DNA of 64,000 nucleotides from the NCBI GenBank assembly GCA_964541255.1, contig CAZIPL010000003.1, positions 4,425-68,424 on the forward strand. Reading direction: 5' to 3'. Under the pieces are notes generated by a model. The model was given only the letters and a program-made list of their open reading frames with translations, was not told the origin of the DNA and made no database searches. Below, piece after piece: positions 54,848-63,230 of the stretch. This DNA is from an uncultured Clostridia bacterium. Its GTDB lineage: Bacteria; Bacillota; Clostridia; Christensenellales; CAMQZB01. How positions within the stretch are numbered: position 1 is the stretch's first letter; each line of letters starts with the position of its first letter. The position numbers were made by a program, and so were the translations under genes.

Positions 54848-54992
54848 CTATGCTTATTATATGATTGAAAGCATATTTAGAAAACGGACTTTTTTTTCAA
54901 GAAGACGTTTTTTTATTCGTATCTTTAATCGTTGAAATAAAGCGTTTTGGTATCGATGCTATTTATTTGCGAATTTTTACGTTGCCAATAAT

Positions 54993-55019
54993 AAAAAAAG
55001 CCGCAAATTGTTTGCGGCT
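54993..55019 (-). terminator. Rho-independent terminator of the galU operon
   Basis: AGCCGCAAA (54999-55007) pairs with TTTGCGGCT (55011-55019). A T-run follows on the minus strand (A7 at 54993-54999). Confidence 0.7.
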
Positions 55020-55025
55020 AAAATT

Positions 55026-55382
55026 TTATTCTTCATCTATCGGCTCGATAAACTTTTTACACTTAGGACAATAAGTTTTCGTGTCGTATAGGTATACGAA
55101 AACGGGCGTGCCGCAGTCGCAATAAGGGTTCGAGGGTATCTCGAATTCCTCAAGAAGAGACGAAAACTCCGAAATAAAGCGTTTGTCTGTCGGCGGAACA
55201 AAGCGGTTATCATCGACTTTCATATAACCTAAATTCGTGTCTTCGAAGCGATGCTCTTCAAGGTAATAACGAATTTCGGCAAAGAACGCTTTTTGCGATT
55301 TATAATATTTTCTGTAGAAAATGCACTGCACGTAGTCGCCGTCTCTTATTACGACGACGTTGCCGTTAGGGACTTCCGTCAA
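55026..55382 (-). CDS. Hypothetical protein with a C-terminal zinc-ribbon (CxC...CxxC), translationally coupled to galU
   Basis: 118 aa. Contains CDCG...CPKC near the C-terminus. The ATG overlaps the galU stop by 4 nt. No family recognised. Confidence 0.5.
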   Translation of the reverse strand: MTEVPNGNVVVIRDGDYVQCIFYRKYYKSQKAFFAEIRYYLEEHRFEDTNLGYMKVDDNRFVPPTDKRFISEFSSLLEEFEIPSNPYCDCGTPVFVYLYDTKTYCPKCKKFIEPIDEE

Positions 55383-56248
55383 AGCGAGTTCACCGTCCTT
55401 TTCAAAAATTCGGCAAAATCCCCCGAAAGTTCGGGGTCTCTCAATGCGTATTCGACCACCGCTTCGAGATACGAGCTTTTGTTACCTGTGTCATATCGTC
55501 TGCCGAAGTATTCCGCCGCGACGCAAAGCCCGTCTTTTGTCATGAGGCGGAATGTATCTGTTATGCCGATTTCCCCTCTTGCGGACGGAGTTTTGCCTAT
55601 ATAATCGAAAACTTCCGGCGTAACGATATATCTTCCGAGCGCCGAAATAAGCGAAGGCGCTTCTTCGGGAGAGGGCTTTTCGATTACGTCGTCGATGTAA
55701 AAAATATTGCCCTCTTGCTTCACGACGGAAATGCTGCTATATTTTGAAATATCTTCTTTTTTGACATGCTGAACGCCAAGAACTGTTTTGCCGACTTTTT
55801 CGTATACGTCGATAAGCTGTTTCGTGGCGGGCGTTTTTTCGTTATAAATCAAATCGTCGCCGAACAAAAGCGCGAACGGGTCGTTCCCGACAAAATCTTT
55901 CGCAAGCTCTACGGCTCCGGCACTTCCCGAGGGGAATTCCTGCCTTGCAAATGAGACGTTAGCTAGTTCCGAAAGCTTTTTCAAAATCTCAGCTTCGGCT
56001 GTTTTGCCTCTTGAAATAAGAAGCTTTTCTTGCTCTGCGTCTTTTGCAAAGTGGTTTTCGATAGAAAGTTTCTTGCTGTTGTCGATAATGAGAATATCCG
56101 TGATTCCGCTTGCGACGACCTCTTCGACGATGTATTGAAGCGCAGGCTTATCGACGACCGTGATAAGCTCTTTCGGGACTGCTTTTGTGAAAGGCAAAAA
56201 TCTTGTACCCATTCCCGCGCAAGGAATGACTGCTTTATGTACTGCCAT
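55379..56248 (-). CDS. galU: UTP--glucose-1-phosphate uridylyltransferase
   Basis: N-terminus KAVIPCAGMGTRFLPFTKAVPKE. 289 aa. Confidence 0.92.
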   Translation of the reverse strand: MAVHKAVIPCAGMGTRFLPFTKAVPKELITVVDKPALQYIVEEVVASGITDILIIDNSKKLSIENHFAKDAEQEKLLISRGKTAEAEILKKLSELANVSFARQEFPSGSAGAVELAKDFVGNDPFALLFGDDLIYNEKTPATKQLIDVYEKVGKTVLGVQHVKKEDISKYSSISVVKQEGNIFYIDDVIEKPSPEEAPSLISALGRYIVTPEVFDYIGKTPSARGEIGITDTFRLMTKDGLCVAAEYFGRRYDTGNKSSYLEAVVEYALRDPELSGDFAEFLKRTVNSL

Positions 56249-56505
56249 GACGTTTCTCCTTGTTTTTAATAACGCAGCTTCCGTTAAAACGCGATAAATG
56301 GCGAAAATACCTATCGGAAGCTTTAATGCGATGATTGTAAAAAAAGTATACGTTATTTTGAACTATTTTGCAAGTTTATTTGAAAAGTTCCGTCAAAATA
56401 ACATATTTGTCGATTTTTTATATAAAAGCGGTTTCGTATGAAGATTCCTTTTAGTTTGTTGAAAAATTTAATGAGAGAGGTATTGTTAATAAAAAAGCAC
56501 GCGTA

Positions 56506-56539
56506 TAAAAAGAACGGACTTTGCGTTATGCAAAGTCCG
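56506..56539 (-). terminator. Rho-independent terminator of the GH5 gene
   Basis: CGGACTTTGC (56515-56524) pairs with GCAAAGTCCG (56530-56539). A T-run follows on the minus strand. Confidence 0.7.
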
Positions 56540-56560
56540 CTCTTGATAGAATTATATTTT

Positions 56561-57940
56561 TTACCCGAAATAATCGTCGAGGATTTCTTTCAAAATGCCC
56601 GTTTCATAAGAATCGCATGTTTTTAAGGTTGACCATTCGGCGTAGATTTCGTCATAAGTCGCCGTTCTTAAATCGAGTTTAAGCTCTTCGTTGAAAAGGT
56701 TCATCTTGTTTACGTAAAGGCCCCAAGAGGTATCCCACCAGCCGTAAGAGACCGTCTTATAGTTCCAAATCGTCCAGTTATAGCCGCAATCGTCGTAGTA
56801 CGCAAGCCATTCGCTCCAATCCTCTTTGCTGTCGAAGAATGTGAATTCGCCGATGTAATAAGGAACGTCATAGTGCCTCATCGCGAAGAGGAAGTCTTGT
56901 CCGAAATAGAACAGCTCATAGGGGAGGGTGTCGCGCGACCAGTTATACATATGGATCTGATAGCAGATGTTTTCATAGCCGAACTTGTCGGGATTAGGGA
57001 AAGAGTTAAACATCCAGCACGATTCAATCGAAATAATGTGCTTGTCGTCAACTTCGCGGATTGCGTCATAGAGTTTTTTCATGACTTTATGTTGCGCGTT
57101 TGTCGTCGAAGCGGTATTTCTGTCTACGGGCTCGTTGACAAGGTCATACATGGCAATTGTCGCAGAAAGGTCAGGGCGGTCGTTGACGTAATGCTTTGCT
57201 ATTGCCTGCCACAAGTCGCACATTTCTTGCTGGTATACTTCGTTATCCCAAAACTCGATGCGTCTTGTACCGCAATGCTCGTAACCGCTTTGTCCGCCTA
57301 CAACGCCGTGCATATCTAAGATTGCATAAAGGTCATACTTTTTGCACATTTCGAGGAACCAGTCGAGTCTGTCGAAAGCATTTTCTTTGAGCGTGAGATT
57401 GTCGTCTTCGCCCTCCATGAAGTTGCCGTAATACATAGGAAGCCTTATGACGTTCAAGCCTTGTTCTTTGACGTTTCGGAAGTCCTCTTCGGTGATGTAG
57501 TTGTCGTAATATAAATTCCAAAGCTCTTCGATTTGCTCGTCTGTAAGATTGGGATTGTCGGCAAGAGCTTGTTCAATTTCGTCTTGATAGGTTTCGACGT
57601 ACTCTTCGACGATGCCGTCTTCGTTTATCTTAACGTAGCTTCCATCTGCGTTATACTTTGCTCCGAGCGAGTTGACCGTCATCCATCCCTCTTGAAGGAA
57701 CCAGCTGCCGAAGTTTATTCCCTTAAGGGTAACTCTGTTACCATCCTTGTCGTAAATACCTCTGCCGACGGTGTAGAGCTCGTCTTGGTTTTTTGTCGCC
57801 TCGATTGTGTCGGGGATTTCTTTGAAATATGTCTTTCTGAAAATAAATACGCTGGACAAAAGGAAAATTCCGAAGCAAAGAGCTAAGGCAACTATTGCAA
57901 TAAGAACTTTTCCAACTACTTTTAATGCAGTTTTTTTCAT
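56561..57940 (-). CDS. Glycoside hydrolase family 5 protein with an N-terminal membrane anchor or signal
   Basis: Contains GINFGSWFLQEGWM and NVIRLP. Acid/base NEP (YDLVNEPV) and nucleophile region YIGEFT are present. Hydrophobic N-terminus. Confidence 0.8.
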   Translation of the reverse strand: MKKTALKVVGKVLIAIVALALCFGIFLLSSVFIFRKTYFKEIPDTIEATKNQDELYTVGRGIYDKDGNRVTLKGINFGSWFLQEGWMTVNSLGAKYNADGSYVKINEDGIVEEYVETYQDEIEQALADNPNLTDEQIEELWNLYYDNYITEEDFRNVKEQGLNVIRLPMYYGNFMEGEDDNLTLKENAFDRLDWFLEMCKKYDLYAILDMHGVVGGQSGYEHCGTRRIEFWDNEVYQQEMCDLWQAIAKHYVNDRPDLSATIAMYDLVNEPVDRNTASTTNAQHKVMKKLYDAIREVDDKHIISIESCWMFNSFPNPDKFGYENICYQIHMYNWSRDTLPYELFYFGQDFLFAMRHYDVPYYIGEFTFFDSKEDWSEWLAYYDDCGYNWTIWNYKTVSYGWWDTSWGLYVNKMNLFNEELKLDLRTATYDEIYAEWSTLKTCDSYETGILKEILDDYFG

Positions 57941-58103
57941 ACCGTTTCTCCTTAAACGCTAAAATATGCGTTTTTATGTAAGGCGAATTTTCGCCGACAA
58001 CATTATAACGCTTTTTTGCTCGTTATGCAATATCATTTTACTTAAAATTGCGACAAAAAACAGAAATCGTTTGCGGTAGGGATTGTAAGAAGGGGTGGGC
58101 AAA

Positions 58104-58132
58104 TAAAAATGCGGAAGCAAATGTGCTTCCGC
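58104..58132 (-). terminator. Rho-independent terminator of the sulfatase gene
   Basis: GCGGAAGCA (58111-58119) pairs with TGCTTCCGC (58124-58132). A T-run follows on the minus strand. Confidence 0.7.
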
Positions 58133-58138
58133 AAAACG

Positions 58139-59482
58139 TTAATCTTTCCAACCTCTCGGGTTTTCTTCGACCTCAAGTTTTTTTTCTTCGAGTACTTTTC
58201 TAAGCTTTTCGTTGATTTCGGGATAATGCGTCGAAACGTCGTAAGATTCGTTTATATCGTGGTTTAAGTCAAATAGATAAGGTCCGTGTTTTTCTCTCGC
58301 ATACATCGGATTGTCGAGCTTTGTCGGAGCTAAGTATTTGAAGTTGTCTCTGCTTCTTGCGCCGAAAACGTCGGAGAAGTTCATATAATACATATATTCT
58401 TGCGTGTTTTCGTGAGTTTCTCCTCTAAGAAGTGGCATCATATCTACTCCGTCGATAACTCTGTCGGTGGGGAGGTTGTCAATTCCCGCAAGTTTAAGGA
58501 ATGTCGGGAAGAAGTCGATGTTCATCGCCGTTTCGTTTATTTCGGTGTTTGGCTTAATAACGTTGGGATAAACCGCGATAAAGGGAACGATTTGTCCGCC
58601 GTCGAGCGACATACACTTTCTGCCTCTGTGAAGACCGGGGTTGCCCTCGTGGAAAGGTCCGTTATCTGAAGTAAAGATGAAAAGCGTGTTGTCGGCAATG
58701 CCCTTTTCTTCGAGCTTTTTATAGATTTCATCGCACGACCAATCGAGTTCCTCGACGCAGTCGCCGTATGTTCCGCCAAAGGATTTCCCTGCGAATTTTT
58801 CGCTTGCGTGCGCGGGGTGGTGCGGATATGGCGACGCGTAATAAATAAAGAACGGCTCGTCGGCGTTTTCGTCGATATAGCGTGTTATTTCGTCTGTGAG
58901 AATGGGGGTTAATTGCGTTTTATCAACATATTCTCTGTCGATGTTTTCGTTCTTATAGAAATGATACGGTTCCATGTCGACGGAATAATGCGCGCCGTAA
59001 AAATAATCGAAGCCCTTGTCGTTCGGAAGACTGGGAGATGCGTCTCCTAAGTGCCATTTGCCGAACATAGCGGTTTTATATCCGCTTGCTCTGAGGACTT
59101 CCGCAACCGTGATTTCGTCGGGAAGAAGTCCGCGAACGCCGCGAGGGAACTGTCCGCTGTTATAAAGTTTTCCCTTGAAATTGATGTTGGGGAAGAAAAC
59201 GCCCGTAATATATCCGCGAACGGGGTATCTTCCCGTCAAGCAGGCAAAGCGTGACGGAGAACAAACGGGGCTTGCCGCGAAGAAGTTGTTCATTTTTACC
59301 CCTTTTTTCGAAAGCTCGTCAAGACACGGCGTTTTGATTGCCGTAGCTCCGAAGCACGATATATCGCCGTAGCCCATGTCGTCGACAAAAACGAGAACGA
59401 TATTCGGTCTGTCTTTTCCGCCTTTTTTGATCGACGACAAATATTCGTCGTGACCTTTCATGCGAAATTCTTTTTGATTCAT
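58139..59482 (-). CDS. Cys-type sulfatase (arylsulfatase A family), no signal peptide
   Basis: Metal site VFVDDMGYGD and formylglycine motif CSPSRFACLTGRYP. 447 aa. Confidence 0.88.
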   Translation of the reverse strand: MNQKEFRMKGHDEYLSSIKKGGKDRPNIVLVFVDDMGYGDISCFGATAIKTPCLDELSKKGVKMNNFFAASPVCSPSRFACLTGRYPVRGYITGVFFPNINFKGKLYNSGQFPRGVRGLLPDEITVAEVLRASGYKTAMFGKWHLGDASPSLPNDKGFDYFYGAHYSVDMEPYHFYKNENIDREYVDKTQLTPILTDEITRYIDENADEPFFIYYASPYPHHPAHASEKFAGKSFGGTYGDCVEELDWSCDEIYKKLEEKGIADNTLFIFTSDNGPFHEGNPGLHRGRKCMSLDGGQIVPFIAVYPNVIKPNTEINETAMNIDFFPTFLKLAGIDNLPTDRVIDGVDMMPLLRGETHENTQEYMYYMNFSDVFGARSRDNFKYLAPTKLDNPMYAREKHGPYLFDLNHDINESYDVSTHYPEINEKLRKVLEEKKLEVEENPRGWKD

Positions 59483-59652
59483 TCATTTTCTCCTAATAAA
59501 GTTGTTAATATATGTTAGCACGAAAAACTGCGCTTGTATATCAAGGAATTGACCTTGATAATAAATATTTGCAAAAATAATTGCAAAGATGAAAATATAA
59601 AATAAGAGGAGAAAATATCTTTTTTATTTTTCGAAAACCGCTCGCAAAACAT

Positions 59653-59681
59653 TTGACAACGGGGAATTTATATGTTAGTAT
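59653..59681 (+). promoter_or_regulatory. sigma-A extended -10 promoter of the pyrP-pyrR leader
   Basis: TTGACA (59653-59658), 17-bp spacer ending in TGT, TAGTAT (59676-59681). Confidence 0.55.
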
Positions 59682-59762
59682 GAGTGCGTTAATTTAATTG
59701 TTCTTTAATTCGATACCGTGATATCGACAAGATCTATATTTAAGGTTTACTTATGATATAAT

Positions 59763-59793
59763 AGCGTTTTGTCGAGCGACAAAACGCTTTTTT
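59763..59793 (+). terminator. Intrinsic terminator inside the 5' leader of pyrP (attenuator)
   Basis: 11-bp perfect stem (59763-59773 with 59778-59788), GAGC loop, T6 tail. It ends 40 nt before the pyrP ATG, and the RBS lies downstream of it. Confidence 0.7.
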
Positions 59794-59833
59794 ATATGCA
59801 ATAATTAATTTAATACAAGGAGATATTAAAATT

Positions 59834-61207
59834 ATGCAAATGATTTACCACGTAAAAGACAGACCGTCTTTCGGCAAAACACTCGTATTTGCTTTGCAGC
59901 AGGTTCTTGCAATTCTTGCGGCAACGATAGCTGTTCCTGCCGTAATCAACGGAGGATCGGCACTTCCCGCAGATTTCGTTCCGATGTCGCAGTCGGCGGC
60001 ACTTTTCGGAGCAGGTGCAGGTACGATTATTTACCTTCTCTTCACGCAATTTAAGAGCCCTGTTTTCTTAGGATCTTCCTTCGCATTCCTCGGCTCTATG
60101 GCAGCAGCGTTCGCAGGTGCTACGACCTCGGCTCTCGGTTACCTCGGTCTTATCATCGGTGCTATCGTTGCAGGTCTTGTTTATGTAATCATCGCTATCG
60201 TAGTTAAACTCGCAGGCACGAAATGGATTAACAAACTTATGCCTCCTGTAGTTATCGGACCTACGGTTGCAATCATCGGTCTTTCCCTTGCAGGAAATGC
60301 TGTCGGCGACCTTTCCAAAGGCGGCGTAGGAACAACCAACCCGTATCTCGCACTCGTTTGCGGACTCGTTACTTTGGGTGTTACGATTCTCTGCTCGGTA
60401 TACGGCAAAAAGATGCTTAAGATGATCCCCTTCATTATGGGTATCCTCGCAGGTTACGTACTCGCTTCCATCTTCACGGTAATCGGAACGCTTACTGGAA
60501 ACGAAGAATTCGTAATCGTAAACTTCGGCAAATTCGCTTCTATGGAATGGGTTCCTTCGTTCAGCTTCTTGCAGGCATTCAGCGGTAGCTACGGCGATGC
60601 GAACATCGGTTCTTACATAGCTACAATCGTAGTTGCATACGCTCCCGTTGCATTCGTAGTATTCGCTGAGCACATCGCAGACCACAAGAACCTCTCTTCC
60701 ATCATCGAATATGACCTTCTTGAGAACCCCGGTCTTTCCAGAACACTTCTCGGAGACGGCGTTGGTTCTATGGTCGGCGCTATCTTCGGCGGCTGCCCCA
60801 ACACCACCTACGGCGAATCCGTCGGCTGCGTAGCAATCTCTGGAAACGCTTCCGTAGTAACAATCCTTATGACAGCTATCCTTTGCATAGTAGCTTCCTT
60901 CGTAGGACCTTTCGTAACATTCCTTGCAACGATTCCTTCCTGCGTAATGGGCGGCGTATGCATGGCACTTTACGGATTCATCGCGGTATCGGGACTTAAG
61001 ATGATTCAGCCCGTAGACCTCGGAGACAACAAAAACCTCTTCGTTGTATCGGCAATCCTCATCGCAGGTATCGGCGGACTCCAGCTCCAGATCGGTGCAG
61101 TAACGCTTACATCTACGGCTTGCGCACTCATCCTCGGAATCCTCACAAACCTCCTTTGCTCTATCGGCAAGAAGAAAGAGGAAACCGAAGCTGAAAAGGC
61201 TGAATAA
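59834..61207 (+). CDS. pyrP: Uracil/xanthine permease (NCS2 family)
   Basis: 457 aa polytopic protein with NCS2-type motifs (GGCPNTTYGESVG). Adjacent to pyrR. Confidence 0.8.
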   Translation: MQMIYHVKDRPSFGKTLVFALQQVLAILAATIAVPAVINGGSALPADFVPMSQSAALFGAGAGTIIYLLFTQFKSPVFLGSSFAFLGSMAAAFAGATTSALGYLGLIIGAIVAGLVYVIIAIVVKLAGTKWINKLMPPVVIGPTVAIIGLSLAGNAVGDLSKGGVGTTNPYLALVCGLVTLGVTILCSVYGKKMLKMIPFIMGILAGYVLASIFTVIGTLTGNEEFVIVNFGKFASMEWVPSFSFLQAFSGSYGDANIGSYIATIVVAYAPVAFVVFAEHIADHKNLSSIIEYDLLENPGLSRTLLGDGVGSMVGAIFGGCPNTTYGESVGCVAISGNASVVTILMTAILCIVASFVGPFVTFLATIPSCVMGGVCMALYGFIAVSGLKMIQPVDLGDNKNLFVVSAILIAGIGGLQLQIGAVTLTSTACALILGILTNLLCSIGKKKEETEAEKAE

Positions 61208-61247
61208 TAAAAACACGGGAAAGAAAACCTAATCTATCAAACAACAA

Positions 61248-61273
61248 GCCCCCGAAGATAATTCGGGGGCATT
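61248..61273 (+). terminator. GC-rich hairpin between pyrP and pyrR (weak terminator or processing site)
   Basis: GCCCCCGAA (61248-61256) pairs with TTCGGGGGC (61262-61270), followed by only ATTT. Confidence 0.4.
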
Positions 61274-61325
61274 TAAGTTGATAAACGCAGAAAGAGTATA
61301 ATACTAAAACAATCGGGGAATATAA

Positions 61326-61847
61326 ATGAAATTCAAAACTTTGGTAATGGATGAGCTTGCCGTAAACAAGGCGCTCACAAGAATCTCGTATGAAATCATA
61401 GAGCGTTCGGAAGCACTTGACAACATCATTTTGGTCGGAGTAAAAACAAGGGGAATTCCTATTTCAAAAACGCTCGCAGATAACATCAAACGTCTTTCGG
61501 GAACAGAGGTTCCGTGCTACGAGCTTGACGCGACGTCCTTTCGCGACGATAGAGAAAACCGCTTGCCGCATATAAACACAAATTTCGACACGACGGGCAA
61601 AGAGGTTATTATCGTTGACGACGTGCTTTTTACGGGGAGAACAACGCGTGCTTGTATGGACGCCGTTATGGAAAGCGGAAGAGCTAAGTATATTCGCCTT
61701 GCGGTTCTCATGGACAGAGGGCATAGAGAGCTTCCAATACGCGCCGATTTCGTCGGCAAAAACGTTCCTACCTCAACGCGTGAAAAGGTCGTTGTCAAAA
61801 TCAAAGAGCTTGACGGCGAAACGAGCGTTTCTATTTACGAAAATTAA
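61326..61847 (+). CDS. pyrR: Bifunctional pyrimidine operon regulator / uracil phosphoribosyltransferase PyrR
   Basis: 173 aa. Contains ALTRISYEIIER...LVGVKTRGIPI and the PRPP loop VIIVDDVLFTGRTTRA. Confidence 0.92.
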   Translation: MKFKTLVMDELAVNKALTRISYEIIERSEALDNIILVGVKTRGIPISKTLADNIKRLSGTEVPCYELDATSFRDDRENRLPHINTNFDTTGKEVIIVDDVLFTGRTTRACMDAVMESGRAKYIRLAVLMDRGHRELPIRADFVGKNVPTSTREKVVVKIKELDGETSVSIYEN

Positions 61848-61871
61848 ATTAAGTATAATTATATGAATAAT

Positions 61872-61906
61872 AAAACCCTTGAGAACGCTATGTCCCAAGG
61901 GTTTTT
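61872..61906. terminator. Bidirectional terminator between pyrR and the AraC gene
   Basis: AAAACCCTTG (61872-61881) pairs with CAAGGGTTTT (61896-61905), followed by a T-run. Confidence 0.6.
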
Positions 61907-61916
61907 GTATATAATT

Positions 61917-63107
61917 TTAGAAGAACAGCCCCTCTCTATACTCGCTTTTCTTATATTCCGTCGGAGTCATACCGACGGTTTTTTTGAATATTTGCTGGAA
62001 ATAGCTTTGAGACGAAAACGCCAAAAGCGCGGATATTTCAGACAACGATTTATCGGAAAAGAGAATAAGCTTCTTCGCTTCGTTGATTTTCAGTTGGTTT
62101 ATATATTGAGGAACGGACATATTTAGGCACGCCTTGAATTTTCTCGACAAATACGAGTTCGAGATTTTCAAATCTTTGGCGATGTCCTCCGCCTCGATTT
62201 TTTTGTATAGGTTATATAGAACATACTTTTTGACGTGCTGAATCATAGGATCATCGACAAAGGTTTCCTTTGCTTTCTTGACTCCTTGGCAATAATCGTA
62301 TCTCATGCTTTCGGAAAGCTCCGTGAGCTGTTCGACGGTGTTGCACGCTTCGATTTTTCGAGAATAGTGCTTATTTAGCGCGTTTGCGACGGCTCTTTCG
62401 ATTCCACCGCTTTTTGCCGCGCGATAAATAAGCGCGTGCTGAACGATCATATTGTTTTTAAGCGTTCTGATATAACTTCCGCCGTAGTTGGCTATCTTCG
62501 TTCTAACTTCCTCGCTGTCAAGCGAAGAGAGGTCTTCCGTAAGACCGTTACTAATGAGGTACATAAGCTTTTTCTCATATGACTCACCGATTGGCACTAT
62601 TGCGTCTTGCTCGCGGAAATCGTTTATCTCTTTCAAAAGCTTGCTTGTCGTAAGCTGATCGACTTCGTTAAGAGGTTCGTCGTCGATAATTTTTTCGCCG
62701 TTAATCGCAATATTGAGCATATTGGCAAGCTCGTTCATTTTCGCTTTGGTGAATATTTCGTTGCTATTTATCGAATCGAAAGAAACGTATTCCGTCGGGA
62801 TCCCCTTGAAAGGTTCTTCTATGCCGATACGCTCGAACGCGCCGAAAATATAAAGGCTTTCAGATTTATGTTCTTTGACGGCGACATAAAAAAGATTTTT
62901 CGAAACGACGAATCCGACGCCATTTTCGATTTTATAGCAAAGCGCTTCGATGCCTTCCTTGATACTTTTCGAATCCTCGGCTTTTGAATAGACCTCGCTT
63001 CCCGCGGTATAAATCCTATAAGAGCAGTCGAAAACGTTGCTTACGCTTTCGCAATAATCTATAAGCCTTTCGTATTTCGTTGTATCAAGTGTTTTTTCGT
63101 TATCCAT
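61917..63107 (-). CDS. AraC-family regulator with uncharacterised N-terminal domain (paralog 4)
   Basis: C-terminal AraC HTH: AEDIAKDLKISNSYLSRKFKA...SQSYFQQIFKKTVGMTPTEYKK. Same length and architecture as the other three paralogs. Confidence 0.85.
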   Translation of the reverse strand: MDNEKTLDTTKYERLIDYCESVSNVFDCSYRIYTAGSEVYSKAEDSKSIKEGIEALCYKIENGVGFVVSKNLFYVAVKEHKSESLYIFGAFERIGIEEPFKGIPTEYVSFDSINSNEIFTKAKMNELANMLNIAINGEKIIDDEPLNEVDQLTTSKLLKEINDFREQDAIVPIGESYEKKLMYLISNGLTEDLSSLDSEEVRTKIANYGGSYIRTLKNNMIVQHALIYRAAKSGGIERAVANALNKHYSRKIEACNTVEQLTELSESMRYDYCQGVKKAKETFVDDPMIQHVKKYVLYNLYKKIEAEDIAKDLKISNSYLSRKFKACLNMSVPQYINQLKINEAKKLILFSDKSLSEISALLAFSSQSYFQQIFKKTVGMTPTEYKKSEYREGLFF

Positions 63108-63230
63108 ATTGCACTCCTTGGCAATATTTTATCATCAAGTTCAAAAAATTGCAAGAATATGCGTAAAATAAAATTCCGCTTTTTAAAGCGGAATTGATTG
63201 GATTTTGTTTAATATGAAATAATAGAACAA

